Shown here: piece after piece, positions 11,680 through 21,889 of the stretch | How positions within the stretch are numbered: the stretch's first letter is position 1 | Layout of the letters: each line of letters begins with the position of its first letter | From: an uncultured Acidobacteriota bacterium | GTDB taxonomy: Bacteria; Acidobacteriota; UBA6911 | Direction: 5' to 3' | Assembly: GCA_963843575.1 (NCBI GenBank) | Contig: CAWJKZ010000010.1 | Location: 320,001 to 384,000 of the forward strand | Length of the DNA: 64,000 nucleotides | Made by a program: the position numbers and the translations under genes | Notes under the pieces: generated by a model | What the model was told of the DNA's origin: nothing | The model's database searches: none | Seen by the model: the letters and a program-made list of their open reading frames with translations, nothing else

Positions 11680-11991
11680 TTACTTGGTTGCCTTCTTCGC
11701 GGCCGCTTCCATCACAGCCAGGATTTCCTCTTCCCTCATGATCACGTAATCCTGATCGTCGATCTTGATCTCCGTTCCGGCGTACTTCCCGAACAGAACC
11801 CGATCTCCAGGCTGCACATCCATCGCCGAGCGCTTCCCGTCTTCCTGCAGCTTGCCCGGTCCGACCGCCACGATTTCGCCCTCCATCGGCTTCTCTTTCG
11901 CGGTATCGGGGATGATGATGCCACCCTTGACGACTTCTTTTTCCTCGATCCTCTTCACGAGAACACGATCGTGCAAAGGTCTTACTTGCAT
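11680..11991 (-). CDS. groES: Co-chaperonin GroES
   Basis: [31 protein letters not shown]. Confidence 0.99.
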   Translation of the reverse strand: MQVRPLHDRVLVKRIEEKEVVKGGIIIPDTAKEKPMEGEIVAVGPGKLQEDGKRSAMDVQPGDRVLFGKYAGTEIKIDDQDYVIMREEEILAVMEAAAKKATK

Positions 11992-12060
11992 GGGATTGAT
12001 CTCCTTTCCTGGTTAGTTCCTCTTGTTCTAAACAACTAAAAAGGAATAACTTACAATTCT

Positions 12061-12087
12061 TTAGCACTCACCTCATGCGAGTGCTAG
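12061..12087. promoter_or_regulatory. CIRCE operator (HrcA binding site)
   Basis: TTAGCACTC-N9-GAGTGCTAG, between the promoter and groES. Confidence 0.93.
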
Positions 12088-12089
12088 TA

Positions 12090-12117
12090 ATTATAAGATC
12101 GTCTCTCCTTTTGTCAA
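12090..12117 (-). promoter_or_regulatory. sigma70 promoter of groESL
   Basis: Consensus TTGACA-16 nt-TATAAT on the minus strand, directly upstream of CIRCE. Confidence 0.85.
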
Positions 12118-12142
12118 CCCACAATGTGAACGATTCCTAGTG

Positions 12143-12208
12143 CGTCCGGGCTGCAGAGGCTGTCCAACGGTTGATTGTGGATTTCGGCGTCGAGCCGCCG
12201 CGCTCCAC
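12143..12208 (+). repeat. Repeat family A, single end (REP arm joined to AGAGGCTGTCCAACGGTTGATTG)
   Basis: The core at 12155-12177 recurs at 24153 (first 20 nt), 24325-24347 (inverted) and 30840. Confidence 0.8.
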
Positions 12209-12225
12209 ATCTCAACTGGTGGATT

Positions 12226-12501
12226 TCAGGTTGACACACCGTTGGGTTCGACGCGTGGGCGTCGACGTGCCGCCCCCGCCCAACGAGCCAGACGTTTTGC
12301 CAGGGTGTTGCGGTGGATGCCGAGACAGTGGGAGGCGCGGATGAGGCTGCGGTCGTTCCGGGCGACCACCTCCGTGATGAAGCATTTCTCGAACTGCTCA
12401 ACGGCCTCGGAAAAGAGGATGCCGCGGTCGATCATCTCGGTGCAGAGCGCTTCCAGGCGGTCTTTGAGCGGCACCTTTTCGCTGCGCGGTGTGTCGCTCA
12501 T
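12226..12501 (-). CDS. Small Fis-type HTH protein
   Basis: EAVEQFEKCFITEVV...RASHCLGIHRNTLAKRL (HTH_8 pattern); start overlaps the cvpA stop. Confidence 0.8.
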   Translation of the reverse strand: MSDTPRSEKVPLKDRLEALCTEMIDRGILFSEAVEQFEKCFITEVVARNDRSLIRASHCLGIHRNTLAKRLARWAGAARRRPRVEPNGVST

Positions 12502-13043
12502 GCCGACGGCCTGCTATGGTTCACTCTTTCGAGGATTTTACGGTACTCGTCCTGGAAGCGGTCTTTCAGCTGTTGGGGCACCAGCACGACCGCGGCGCGC
12601 GCACCCGCCAGGAGAAACGGCGCCAGGTACGAGCGCGCCAGCAGCGCGTTGTCGCGCAGCGGGAAGGCCACCATTGCCAGGACCAGGATTGAGGCCACGG
12701 CCCACCCCCGGAGGAAGCCGAACAGGCCGCCCAGCAAGCGGTCGATCCACTCCAGCGACGCCATCTTGACAAACCGGTTCACCAGCAGTGCCACGATGGC
12801 CCCAACGGCCAGGGTGCCGACAAACAGGATCATGAACCCTATCAGGTCGGCGATCGACCGGGTACGGGTCAGTTCGGAAAAGTAGGCGGCCGGAACGCTG
12901 TAGTAGTATGCGGCCAGCACGAAGCCGCCGAGGAGGGCGACCAGGCTGATGACCTCGCGCACGAGTCCCTTGGTCAGCGCAAACCCGGTCGACAGGACGA
13001 TAATCAGGGCGAAAACAAAATCCAGAACAGTCCATTGGCTCAT
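12498..13043 (-). CDS. cvpA: CvpA family membrane protein
   Basis: LDFVFALII...KGLVREVISL...DRLLGGLFGFLRG; located next to a purine gene. Confidence 0.88.
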   Translation of the reverse strand: MSQWTVLDFVFALIIVLSTGFALTKGLVREVISLVALLGGFVLAAYYYSVPAAYFSELTRTRSIADLIGFMILFVGTLAVGAIVALLVNRFVKMASLEWIDRLLGGLFGFLRGWAVASILVLAMVAFPLRDNALLARSYLAPFLLAGARAAVVLVPQQLKDRFQDEYRKILERVNHSRPSA

Positions 13044-13344
13044 GAGGGTGAGTCATTCTACGCCGGGCGAAAGTGCCATGCAAGCGCTCTCACGGGCTGC
13101 AACGGGCGGCACGTTTGCGCGGGCCACGCTCCACCGGACTGGCTTTGCGGGCGCGACAAAGGTCGCGGGGCACGGCGGTGCGGCCGCTCAACTGGTCCGG
13201 GCCGGCTTTGCTGCCGCGGATGTTGATGTGAGGGAGGTGCGTGGCCAGAAGCGGCGCACAGGGGCAAGGGCTCCGTCCGTCGGGAGCCACCCATGCGTGT
13301 GGCGCCGTTTCCCACGGAGCCTGATACCACGAAGAAACCCCGCT

Positions 13345-14247
13345 TCAAACCAGCGGCGAGCCGGTCAGCAACCGGTAGGCTTCCAGATACTTCTCCGTGG
13401 TCCCGCGCACGACGTTCTCGGGGAGCTCGGGCCCGGGGGGCCGTTTGTCGAAGTGAATGCTTTCCAGGTAATCGCGCACGTACTGCTTGTCGAACGAGGG
13501 CTGCGGCCTCCCCGGCCTGTAGCTCGATCTCCTCCAGAAGCGGGAGGAATCGGGCGTGAGCAGTTCGTCGCAGAGCAGGATTTCTCCTTTGTGGAGGCCG
13601 AACTCGAACTTCACGTCGGCGATGATGATGCCCCGGGGGAGGGCGTACTCGGCCGCGCGGCGGTAGATTTTCAGCGTCAGATCCCTGAGGGCGGCGGCGT
13701 GCCCGGCACCGATCATCCGCTCCATTTCTTCGAACGGGATGTTGAGGTCGTGGCCGGATTCGGCTTTCGTGGCCGGCGTGAAGATCGGCTCAGGCAGCTG
13801 GTCGCACTCGCGCAGCCCGGGAGGCATGGTCATGCCGCACACGGTGCCCGACTCCTTGTACTCCTTCCAACCCGAGCCGGCTAGGTAGCCGCGCGCGACA
13901 CATTCGACGGGGAACATGTCGGCCTTGAGCAGGAGCATGCTGCGCAGGTCCAGTTCGGCGCGGTAGCGCTCGAGCTCCGCGGGAAACTGGTCGACGTCGG
14001 CGCAGACGACGTGGTTGGGAACGACGTCCGACATCATCCCGAACCAGAAGCGGGAGAGCTGGGTGAGGACGGCGCCCTTCCAGGGTATCGGGGTCGGCAG
14101 CACCACGTCGAACGCGGAGATGCGGTCGGTGGCGATCATCAGGAGATGGTCGCCGTACTCGTACACGTCCCGGACTTTGCCGCGGCGAAACAGCTTCAGA
14201 TCCGGGATCTCGGTCTGTACGACGATGCTGGGTTGGGGCTGGGTCAT
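13345..14247 (-). CDS. purC: SAICAR synthase
   Basis: [70 protein letters not shown]. Start taken as MTQPQP (14247). Confidence 0.97.
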   Translation of the reverse strand: MTQPQPSIVVQTEIPDLKLFRRGKVRDVYEYGDHLLMIATDRISAFDVVLPTPIPWKGAVLTQLSRFWFGMMSDVVPNHVVCADVDQFPAELERYRAELDLRSMLLLKADMFPVECVARGYLAGSGWKEYKESGTVCGMTMPPGLRECDQLPEPIFTPATKAESGHDLNIPFEEMERMIGAGHAAALRDLTLKIYRRAAEYALPRGIIIADVKFEFGLHKGEILLCDELLTPDSSRFWRRSSYRPGRPQPSFDKQYVRDYLESIHFDKRPPGPELPENVVRGTTEKYLEAYRLLTGSPLV

Positions 14248-14282
14248 GGATCCCTCGCTGGTATCGGGTTCGGCTGCGGGCG

Positions 14283-17200
14283 CTAGGACGCCAGCGCCTG
14301 ACGGCGGAAGTCGACGCCTACGATCTTGGAGACGCCCGGCTCCTCCATCGTCACGCCGTAGAGCGTCTGCGCGATTTCCATCGTGCGTTTGTTGTGGGTG
14401 ATCACGATGAACTGCGTGTCTTTGCTCAGCTCCGACCAGGAGCTCGGTGAAGCGGGTCACGTTGGCGTCGTCCAGGGGCGCGTCCACTTCGTCCAGCACG
14501 CAGAAGGGGCTCGGCCGGTAGCGGAAGATCGCGATCAGCAGCGCGAGGGCCGTGAGCGCCTTCTCGCCGCCCGGACAGCAGCAGCACGTTCTGCAGCCTT
14601 TTGCCGGGGGGCTGCGCGATGATGTCGATGCCGCTCTCGAGCACGTCTCCGTCGTCCATCAGCCGGAGATCGCACTGGCCGCCGCTTGAACAGGATCTGG
14701 AACACCTCGCATGAAGTTTTCCCGGATGTGCTTGAAGGCGTCCTGGAACTGCTCGACCGACCGGCGGTTGATTTCGGCGATGGCCTTCTGGGTGTCGGCG
14801 ATCGACTGCTCGATGTCGGTGCGCTGCTTGTTCAGGAACTGGTAGCGCTCGTCGAGTTCCTGGTACTCTTCGAGTGCCCGCATGTTGATCGCGCCGAAGT
14901 TCTCGATCCTGTTCGCGCAGCTGGTCGTAGGCGGCGCGAGACCTCCGGGTAGTCCCGCGCCACTCCGGCGTCCTGGATCTGTGCCGCGATCTCGCTCAGC
15001 GGGACGTGGAACTCTTCCGCGCAGCCGCGTTCCAGGTGTTCGAGATCGGTCTCCAGGCGCGTCTTCTCGATTTCGATCCGTCCCCGGACGTTCAGCGCCT
15101 CCTCGCGGGCGGCGTGCAGGCGGCGCAGCGCCCCGTCCGACTCGGCCAGCGACTCGCGCTCGAGCGTCAGCCCCTTTTGCTTCTGCTCGAGGTCCGACTC
15201 GGCAACCCGCACCGCGCGGCCGAACTCGACGATCCGCGTTTCCGTGTCGCGCCGCTCGAGCTGCAGGTCGGCGCTGCGCGCCAGCGCGGCTTCCTTCTCG
15301 CGGCCGTTTTCGGCCGACCGGCGGCGCACGTCCTCCGCCTCGCCCGCCAGTCGCCGCAGCTCCGACTCCATCCCGGACCGGCGCTCCTGTTTCACGGCGT
15401 GGGCGGCCGTGGCCGCAGCCAGCGAACGGATGAGGGCCGCGTTCTCGGACTTGAGCGAGTCCAGCCGCGCGGCCGCCTCCCGCAGTTCCTCGTTGCCGGA
15501 GCGGGTGCGCACCTCCAGGTCCAGGATTTCCGCCGTCGCGGCCGCCTGCCAGCTTCTCTCGAACTCCGTCCGCTCCGTCGCCAGCTGGGCGAGTTCCGCC
15601 GCGGTGACCTTCTCCAGTCTGATCGATCTTGCCGAGCTCGCTTTCGAGGCGCTCGAGTCTGGTTGCCGATCACGACCCCCTCCAGCTCGAGCTTGCGCGC
15701 CTCGACCGAGAGCGACTTCAACCACTCCGATCACTTCGGACTGCTCGCCCTTGAGCCGCTCCTGTTCTTCGCGGTTGCCCTGGAGCTTCTTGCGCAGCGC
15801 GCCGAGCTTCGACTGCAGGTCGCGCTTTTCCCGCTTCAGCGCGAGGAAGCCGGCCATCGATTTCCGCTCGCCCACCGCCGACAGCGTGCCCCGCGGCGAA
15901 TAGGCCTCTCCCGACACGGTCAGGTAGTTGGCCTGCCGGGTGTGTCTCGGCGACGCGGAAGGCCGTGTCCAGATCGGACACCATCACGGTGCGCGGCATA
16001 GTCCGGCAGGGCGCGCTCAAAGGCGCGCCGGACCTCGTCGCTCATCCGGAGCAGGTCGTCGAGATAGCCGTGGACGCCCTCGCCCTGCACCTGTGCGCGT
16101 TCCGGTGCCCGGCGCGTGGGCGTGTCCGTTGCGCAGGGTCATGAAGGTGCACTTGCCCGCGCCGATGCGCTTCAGGCGCTCGACGCTCTGAACCGCGTCG
16201 TCCAGCCGGTTGACCATAATGTATTGCAGCGGATCGTTGAGATAGTCTTCGACGGCGGCCTCGTAGGCTGGAATCGGTCTCGACGAGATCCGCGAGCGTC
16301 TGAGCCGGGGGGGCCTCCTCGCCCGGGACCACGGTCGAAAGGAACTTCTGCACGCCCTCGGAGTAGTTGCAACGACGCCGCTCGACCTCTTCGAGCGAGG
16401 AGAGGCGGTGCTGCAATCGGCTGTACTCCTCCTGCCGCGCCATCAGCTCGGCGGAGACGGCTTCCAGGTGCGCCCCGACCTGTTTCAGGCGGTCCTCCGA
16501 CTGTGCCTGCTGCTCGAGCACGACGCGTTGCCGCTCCGCCCGGGCCTGCTCCTGGCTGCGGAACCGGTCCAGATCGGCGAAGAGCGAGGCGCGCAGCTGC
16601 GCCTTCGACGCGCGCTCCCCTTCGATCCGGGTCGCCTGAGCGGAGATGCGCTGCAGGTTTTCCTGGCACCTCGCCTGGAGGTTGCGGAGATCGGCGAGCT
16701 GGCCGGCGCCGTTGAGCAGGGCGAGCGCGGAGCCCGTCGATTTCGCGCTCGGCCTCGCTGGATCGCCCCCTGCAGCATCTCCCCCTTCGACTGCTCGGCG
16801 TCGAGCGTCTCCTGCTCGCGGGTCGATTTCCTCCGTTAGCGCGACCACCGCGCCGAGCAGCCGCTGCTGCTCGTGCGCCACCACCCGGGCGCGCTCGTCG
16901 ACCGCCTGCTGCTCCCGTTCGATGTCGCGCAGCGGGCCTCCAGGTGTATGCGCTGGTCTTCCTGGTTCTGCAGCAGGTTGTGGGCGGCCGCGGCCTGCAT
17001 CTTCAGGCTCGCGAGGTCGTCCCGCAGCCTGCCGACGCCTTCCTCGCTCACACGGCAGCTCTCCTGTGCGGCGGCCCGCGACTGTTCGAGCGCGGCCAGT
17101 TCTTCCGCGATGCGGTTCGCCTGCTCCTGCGCCGCTTCAAACCGGGCGCCGCAGTCTCCCAGCCGTTCGCCGAGCGCCCGGCGCTCCAGGCCGAACTTCA

Positions 17201-17903
17201 GCCGCTGCACCGCGCGCAACTCCTCGCGCAGCCGGTTGTATCGGCGCGCCTTGGCGGCCTGCCGCCGCAGCGAGTTCAGCTGCCGCGCCACCTCCCGGAT
17301 GATGTCGTTGACGCGCAGCAGGTTCTGCTGCGCCATCTCGAGCTTCATCTCCGCCGAATAACGGCGGCTCTTGAACAGGGTGATGCGGGCGGCTTCCTCG
17401 ATGAGGGCCCGGCGGTCGGCCGGCTTGGAGCTGAGGATCTGGCCGATGCGCCCCTGCTCGATCAGGGCATAGGAATTCGGGCCCGAGACCGGTCCCTTCG
17501 AACAGCGCCTGGATGTCCTTCAGGCGGCAGCGGCGCCCGTCCAGGTAGTACTCGCTTTCGCCCGAGCGGTAGAGGCGCCGGCCCACGGTGAATCCCTCCG
17601 GGTTCAGGTCGAGCCCCTCGGGCACGTTGAACTGCTCCATCAGCCGCAGGGTGAGGACGACTTCGGCGAGGCTCGTGGCCTTGCGCGCCTGGGTGCCGTT
17701 GAAAATGACGCCTTCCATCTTGTCGGTGCGCAGGCTCTTGGCGCTCTGCTCGCCCGACGACCCAGCTGATCGCGTCCGCGATGTTGCTCTTGCCGCATCC
17801 ATTCGGGCCGACGATGGCCGTGGTCCCCTCGTTAAAGACGACCTGCGGTGCGGTCGCAGAAGGACTTGAACCCCACTAACTCGAGTTTCTGAATCTGGTG
17901 CAT
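14283..17903 (-). CDS. smc: Chromosome segregation ATPase SMC, broken by more than ten apparent frameshifts (likely sequencing errors)
   Basis: [15 protein letters not shown], Walker [22 protein letters not shown], coiled coils and hinge, signature LSGGE, Walker [20 protein letters not shown]; span of about 3.6 kb fits full-length SMC. Confidence 0.92.
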
Positions 17904-18009
17904 GGCCTCACAACTCTTGCGTAAAACTGCATTCGAATCGTGCCCGGGCCCCGCCGGGGCCCAAGCGTATGCGCAACGGCACGGGACCGGCGTCAGGCCC
18001 CTCGCCGCC

Positions 18010-18956
18010 TCAGAAAGACGCCCTCCGCTCGCCCGCGCGCCCGGCGGGCAGGTTGAGGCTGAAAAAGGTCGTCACCTGTCGGTCGTAGTTCTTCAGTTCT
18101 TCACCGCTCATCACCCGGACCCGCGATATCGGGAGCGAGATCATCTCTTTGCGCGGCTCCAGGCGCGAGGAAAAGCGCCTCGGTCGTGCGCGCGAGCCCC
18201 TTGCGGTTGGCTCCCTGCACGAACAGGACGCTCCGATCCGCGAGCGAATCCAACGGCAGCGGAGCCCGGAGCGCCGCCGCAGGCGCCATCATGTAGGCGC
18301 GAAAGAACGTGCAGGCAGGCGAATTCGACCAGATGGCTCGCCGTTCCCAAGTCCTCCGCCAGCCGCAGCCGTACAAAATCGCCCACGGTGTCGTACGGCG
18401 AATCGGCCGCGACGGCACGCACCTCGGGCCGACGCGCCGCGGCGTCCAGCGCCGCCCGGGCCCCTACGTCCACGCCCCAGATCCCCAGCCTCGTCGCGTC
18501 GACGTTCGCCCTTGATTTGACAAAGTCGATGGCCGACAGCACGTCTTCGGTCTCCCTCAGGCCCAACCCGCACGATCCCTTCGGAACTGCCCCGCGCCCC
18601 CTCAGGTCGAACGTCAGCACCCCAAAGTTCTTTCGGTGCAGGCTGGCGGCGAGACTCAGAGCATCCGACCGGTTCATGAGGATGCCCGGGACCAGGATGA
18701 CGGCGGGTTCATCCTTGCCACCGGGAATCCACCAGCCCTTCAGCTGCACCCCGTCCCGCAACGACCAGGTCGCATCGGCCGACGGAAGCAGGAAACTGGA
18801 CGGGTTGACCAGTTCCGCAACGGCCCCCGGGTGCGTCAGCCGGTAGACCAGGATTCCGAACGCCAGCAGAAAACCGCAAACCAGCGGGAGGGTCGCCGGC
18901 AGCACCGTCCCGAAAAATCGTCGAACCTGCACATTGACAGGTTTCGGGGTCGACAT
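18010..18956 (-). CDS. Membrane-anchored alpha/beta hydrolase (two apparent frameshifts near 18300 and 18160)
   Basis: N-terminal TM, LKGWWIPG, FDLRGRG, IWGVDVGA (nucleophile elbow with D in place of S), VAADSPY. Confidence 0.72.
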
Positions 18957-19110
18957 GCACCAACTCCAGCGGTTCCCCGCCCGGAAAGTTTGCGCCGTCA
19001 ATATAGCACAGGCGGGGGACCGGACCAATTGAAAATCCCAACATATGGGCTAAGCGCAGATCCTCCACCACTACATATTGCGTCTTGAGGCACAATCGAC
19101 AATTTGAGGT

Positions 19111-19734
19111 TCAAACAGAAGAGATAAAGTCATTTAAATCATTGATAGTGTTTATGTTGGCTAGATCTCCATCGCGGAACAGGCGATCGTCCGGGGACAA
19201 CTCCTCCACCTTCAGGCCCGGAGCGGCCAGAAACGAGGACATGGCGTTTCTGCCGGCTTGAAGACAGTGCTCGCTGGCGCGCAGGCAGGGGAGGCGGCGA
19301 TAGGCGGCGCAAAGGGGGTGGAGCCGGCCGTCGCCGCTGCGCGGCACGACGGCGTCACAGGAGGCGGCGCGACGCACCAATTCCCTGATGAGTTCCTGCC
19401 CGACTCCGGGCAAATCGCAGGCGAGAAGGAGCACGAGATCGTCGGGCGCCGCCATCAGGCCCGCGTGCAAGCCGGCAAGCGGACCCCGCCCCGGGTAGAC
19501 GTCGCGCACGATCACGGCGCCGAGTGCCCGGTATGGTTCGGGGTTGTTGGTGGAGATGAAAACGCTGCCGGCAACCCACCTGGCCTTTTCCAGCTGCACG
19601 ACGATCAGAGGGCGTCCTCGGATTTCAAGGAAGGCTTTGTCGCGGCCCATCCGGGAACTCGCGCCCCCCGCCAGGATGACGGCGGAAACAGGTGTCATTG
19701 CCAATACGATAGGCCGGCGGCCCCCGGAAGACAA
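19111..19734 (-). CDS. mobA: Molybdenum cofactor guanylyltransferase
   Basis: ILAGGASSRMGRDKAFL, GRGPLAGLHAGL, LACDLP, HPLCAAY, NINT. True start may be 19698. Confidence 0.92.
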   Translation of the reverse strand: MSSGGRRPIVLAMTPVSAVILAGGASSRMGRDKAFLEIRGRPLIVVQLEKARWVAGSVFISTNNPEPYRALGAVIVRDVYPGRGPLAGLHAGLMAAPDDLVLLLACDLPGVGQELIRELVRRAASCDAVVPRSGDGRLHPLCAAYRRLPCLRASEHCLQAGRNAMSSFLAAPGLKVEELSPDDRLFRDGDLANINTINDLNDFISSV

Positions 19735-19810
19735 CCATGTGAAGCTGCGGCGTTCGAGCTCTCGGAGACTTGGAGGCGGCTGAACAGCTCAACCTCGAAG
19801 CCTCAGCGTC

Positions 19811-19839
19811 TTGACCGGCCCGGGCGCGGATCCTATAAT
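19811..19839 (+). promoter_or_regulatory. sigma70 promoter for the S55 peptidase operon
   Basis: TTGACC-17 nt-TATAAT. Confidence 0.75.
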
Positions 19840-19898
19840 TAAAGTTTGTCTTACGACCGGAACTCCGCCCGGCGAATCCCGCGAGAAAGGTTCACCGC

Positions 19899-21792
19899 AT
19901 GACAAGACGAAGCGTCCCTGCAGCGGTCTTTGCGCTGCTCTGCCTATCCACCTATTCCTGGTCCCGTGTCGAGTTCTTCAAGCTCGAGGATCTGAAGCCC
20001 GGGATGAAGGGGATCGGGAAGACTTGTTATCAGGGGAGTAAGCCGGAAGAGTTCCAGGTGGAAATCCTAGGTGTCATGAAGGGGATCAGTCCCGGGGCAA
20101 ATGCGGTGCTGGCGAGGTTTTCCGGCGGGCCGATCGGCAACACCGGCGTTTTTGAGGGGATGAGCGGCAGCCCCGTCTTCATCGACGGAAAGCTCCTGGG
20201 CGCGGTGGCCTTCTCGTTTGCCTTCTCCAAGGAGGCCGTCGGCGGCATAACCCCGATCGCGCAGATGATCGACGCGTTCACCGAAAGCGACCAATCCGGG
20301 CAGTCGGGGCCGCGGATCATCCTGAAGCGGAGTTCGCTGTGGGACTATCAGCTGAGACTCAGGAACGGGGCGGCTCACTTTCCGATGGGCCTGCCCGAGT
20401 TTCCTGGACAGGACGGGGCCTTCACTTATCCCGAAGCTCCTGAAACCGGAGCAGTCCAACAGTCTGCCGCGTTCATGTCCGACAGTCACGCGCTGAGGCC
20501 GATCGCCACGCCGCTGAACCTGAGCGGCTTCTCCGCGGAGGCCATTCGTACCTTCGGCCCGCAATTCAGGGTGCTGGGGTTGAGCGTCCTGCAGGGGACG
20601 GGGAGTTCCGGCTTCCAGGCCCCGGGGGCAAAACTCGCGCCCGTGTCGGACGACGCGCCGGTCGAGCCGGGATCGAATATCGTCGTTCCGCTGGTCAGGG
20701 GCGACATGGACGCGTCGGCGGGCGGCACCGTCACATATATCGACGGCGACAAGCTCTACGCATTCGGGCACATGCTCTTCAACCTGGGCAACACCGAGCT
20801 GCCGATGCACAAGGGGCGGGCCATCACGGTCTTCCCCAGCCTGCAGAGTTCGTTCAAGATCCTGGAGACCACCGATCCTATCGGCACCTTCCGGCAGGAC
20901 CGCGGCTCGGGCATCTATGGCGTCCTGGGGCAGAAGACCAAGATGATCCCGATGCACGTTAGCATGACGACGAGCCGCGGGATCCGCAAGACGCTCAACT
21001 ACGAGGTGGCGCGGGACCGCTTCCTGACGCCTTTTCTGGTGAACCTCACGGTTTTCAACAGCATCATTTCGACCGAGCGCGCGCTGGGCGTGTCGACACT
21101 GGAGGTCAAGGGGAAGATACGGATAAAGGGCGAACAGCCTGTGGAGATCAACAACCGGTTTTCCTCCGACAGCAACTCGCCCGTGTTCGCCTCCCTCTCG
21201 GTCGCGCTTCCGGTCAACTTCCTCTTGGCCTCCGGTTACAAGAACCTCGAGTTCGAGCAGATCGACCTCGAGATCTCGGCGGTGGAGGACGACCGCGCGG
21301 CGCTGCTGGACGCCCTCCGGTTGGACCGTTCCGAGATGAAGGCGGGGGACGGCGCTCAGTCTCGACGTGTCCTACAAAAAGAGCGACGGCGAGGTGGTCG
21401 AAGACACCTACCCCGTGAAGATACCGTCCGACATCACGCCCGGCCCCTTGTCCCTGCTGGTGGCCGACGGGACGACGCTGATGGCAATCGATGCCCGCGA
21501 ACAGGGGGACGATCTGATCCCGCGCGATTTGTCGCAGCTGATCAAGTTCATCAACAACATACGCAAGAACGACCGCCTCTACCTTCGCATGTACCGGCGG
21601 GAACCGGGTGCGGTGGTCAAGGGGGAGGGATTGCCCGGTCTGCCCCCTTCGGTGCTGTCGATCCTGAACTCCGAGCGTAATACAGGCGGGATGAGCCCCA
21701 TCCACACCTCGGCCTTTGTCGAGTATGAACTCCCTGCGGCGGACTACATCGTCTCCGGCATGAAGACCTTGAATCTCTTGGTCAAGCCCTGA
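19899..21792 (+). CDS. SpoIVB peptidase S55-domain protein (frameshift near 21355)
   Basis: Signal peptide, LKPGMKGIGKT..G, FEGMSGSPVFIDGKLLGAVA, GTVTYIDGDKLYAFGH; C-terminus in ORF 21367..21792. Confidence 0.85.
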
Positions 21793-21889
21793 CACAAGCT
21801 CCGGGAAGACAATCACAACACTCCGCCCCCGCCGCCGCCGCGGGGGAGTGCGGCCCGAATCGTTTACAATCAAGCACACAGGTGACTGC

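Noticed and set aside
13050-13340. Riboswitch or small ORF between cvpA and purC
   Set aside because: No recognisable aptamer consensus or terminator; the short ORFs lack coding features.
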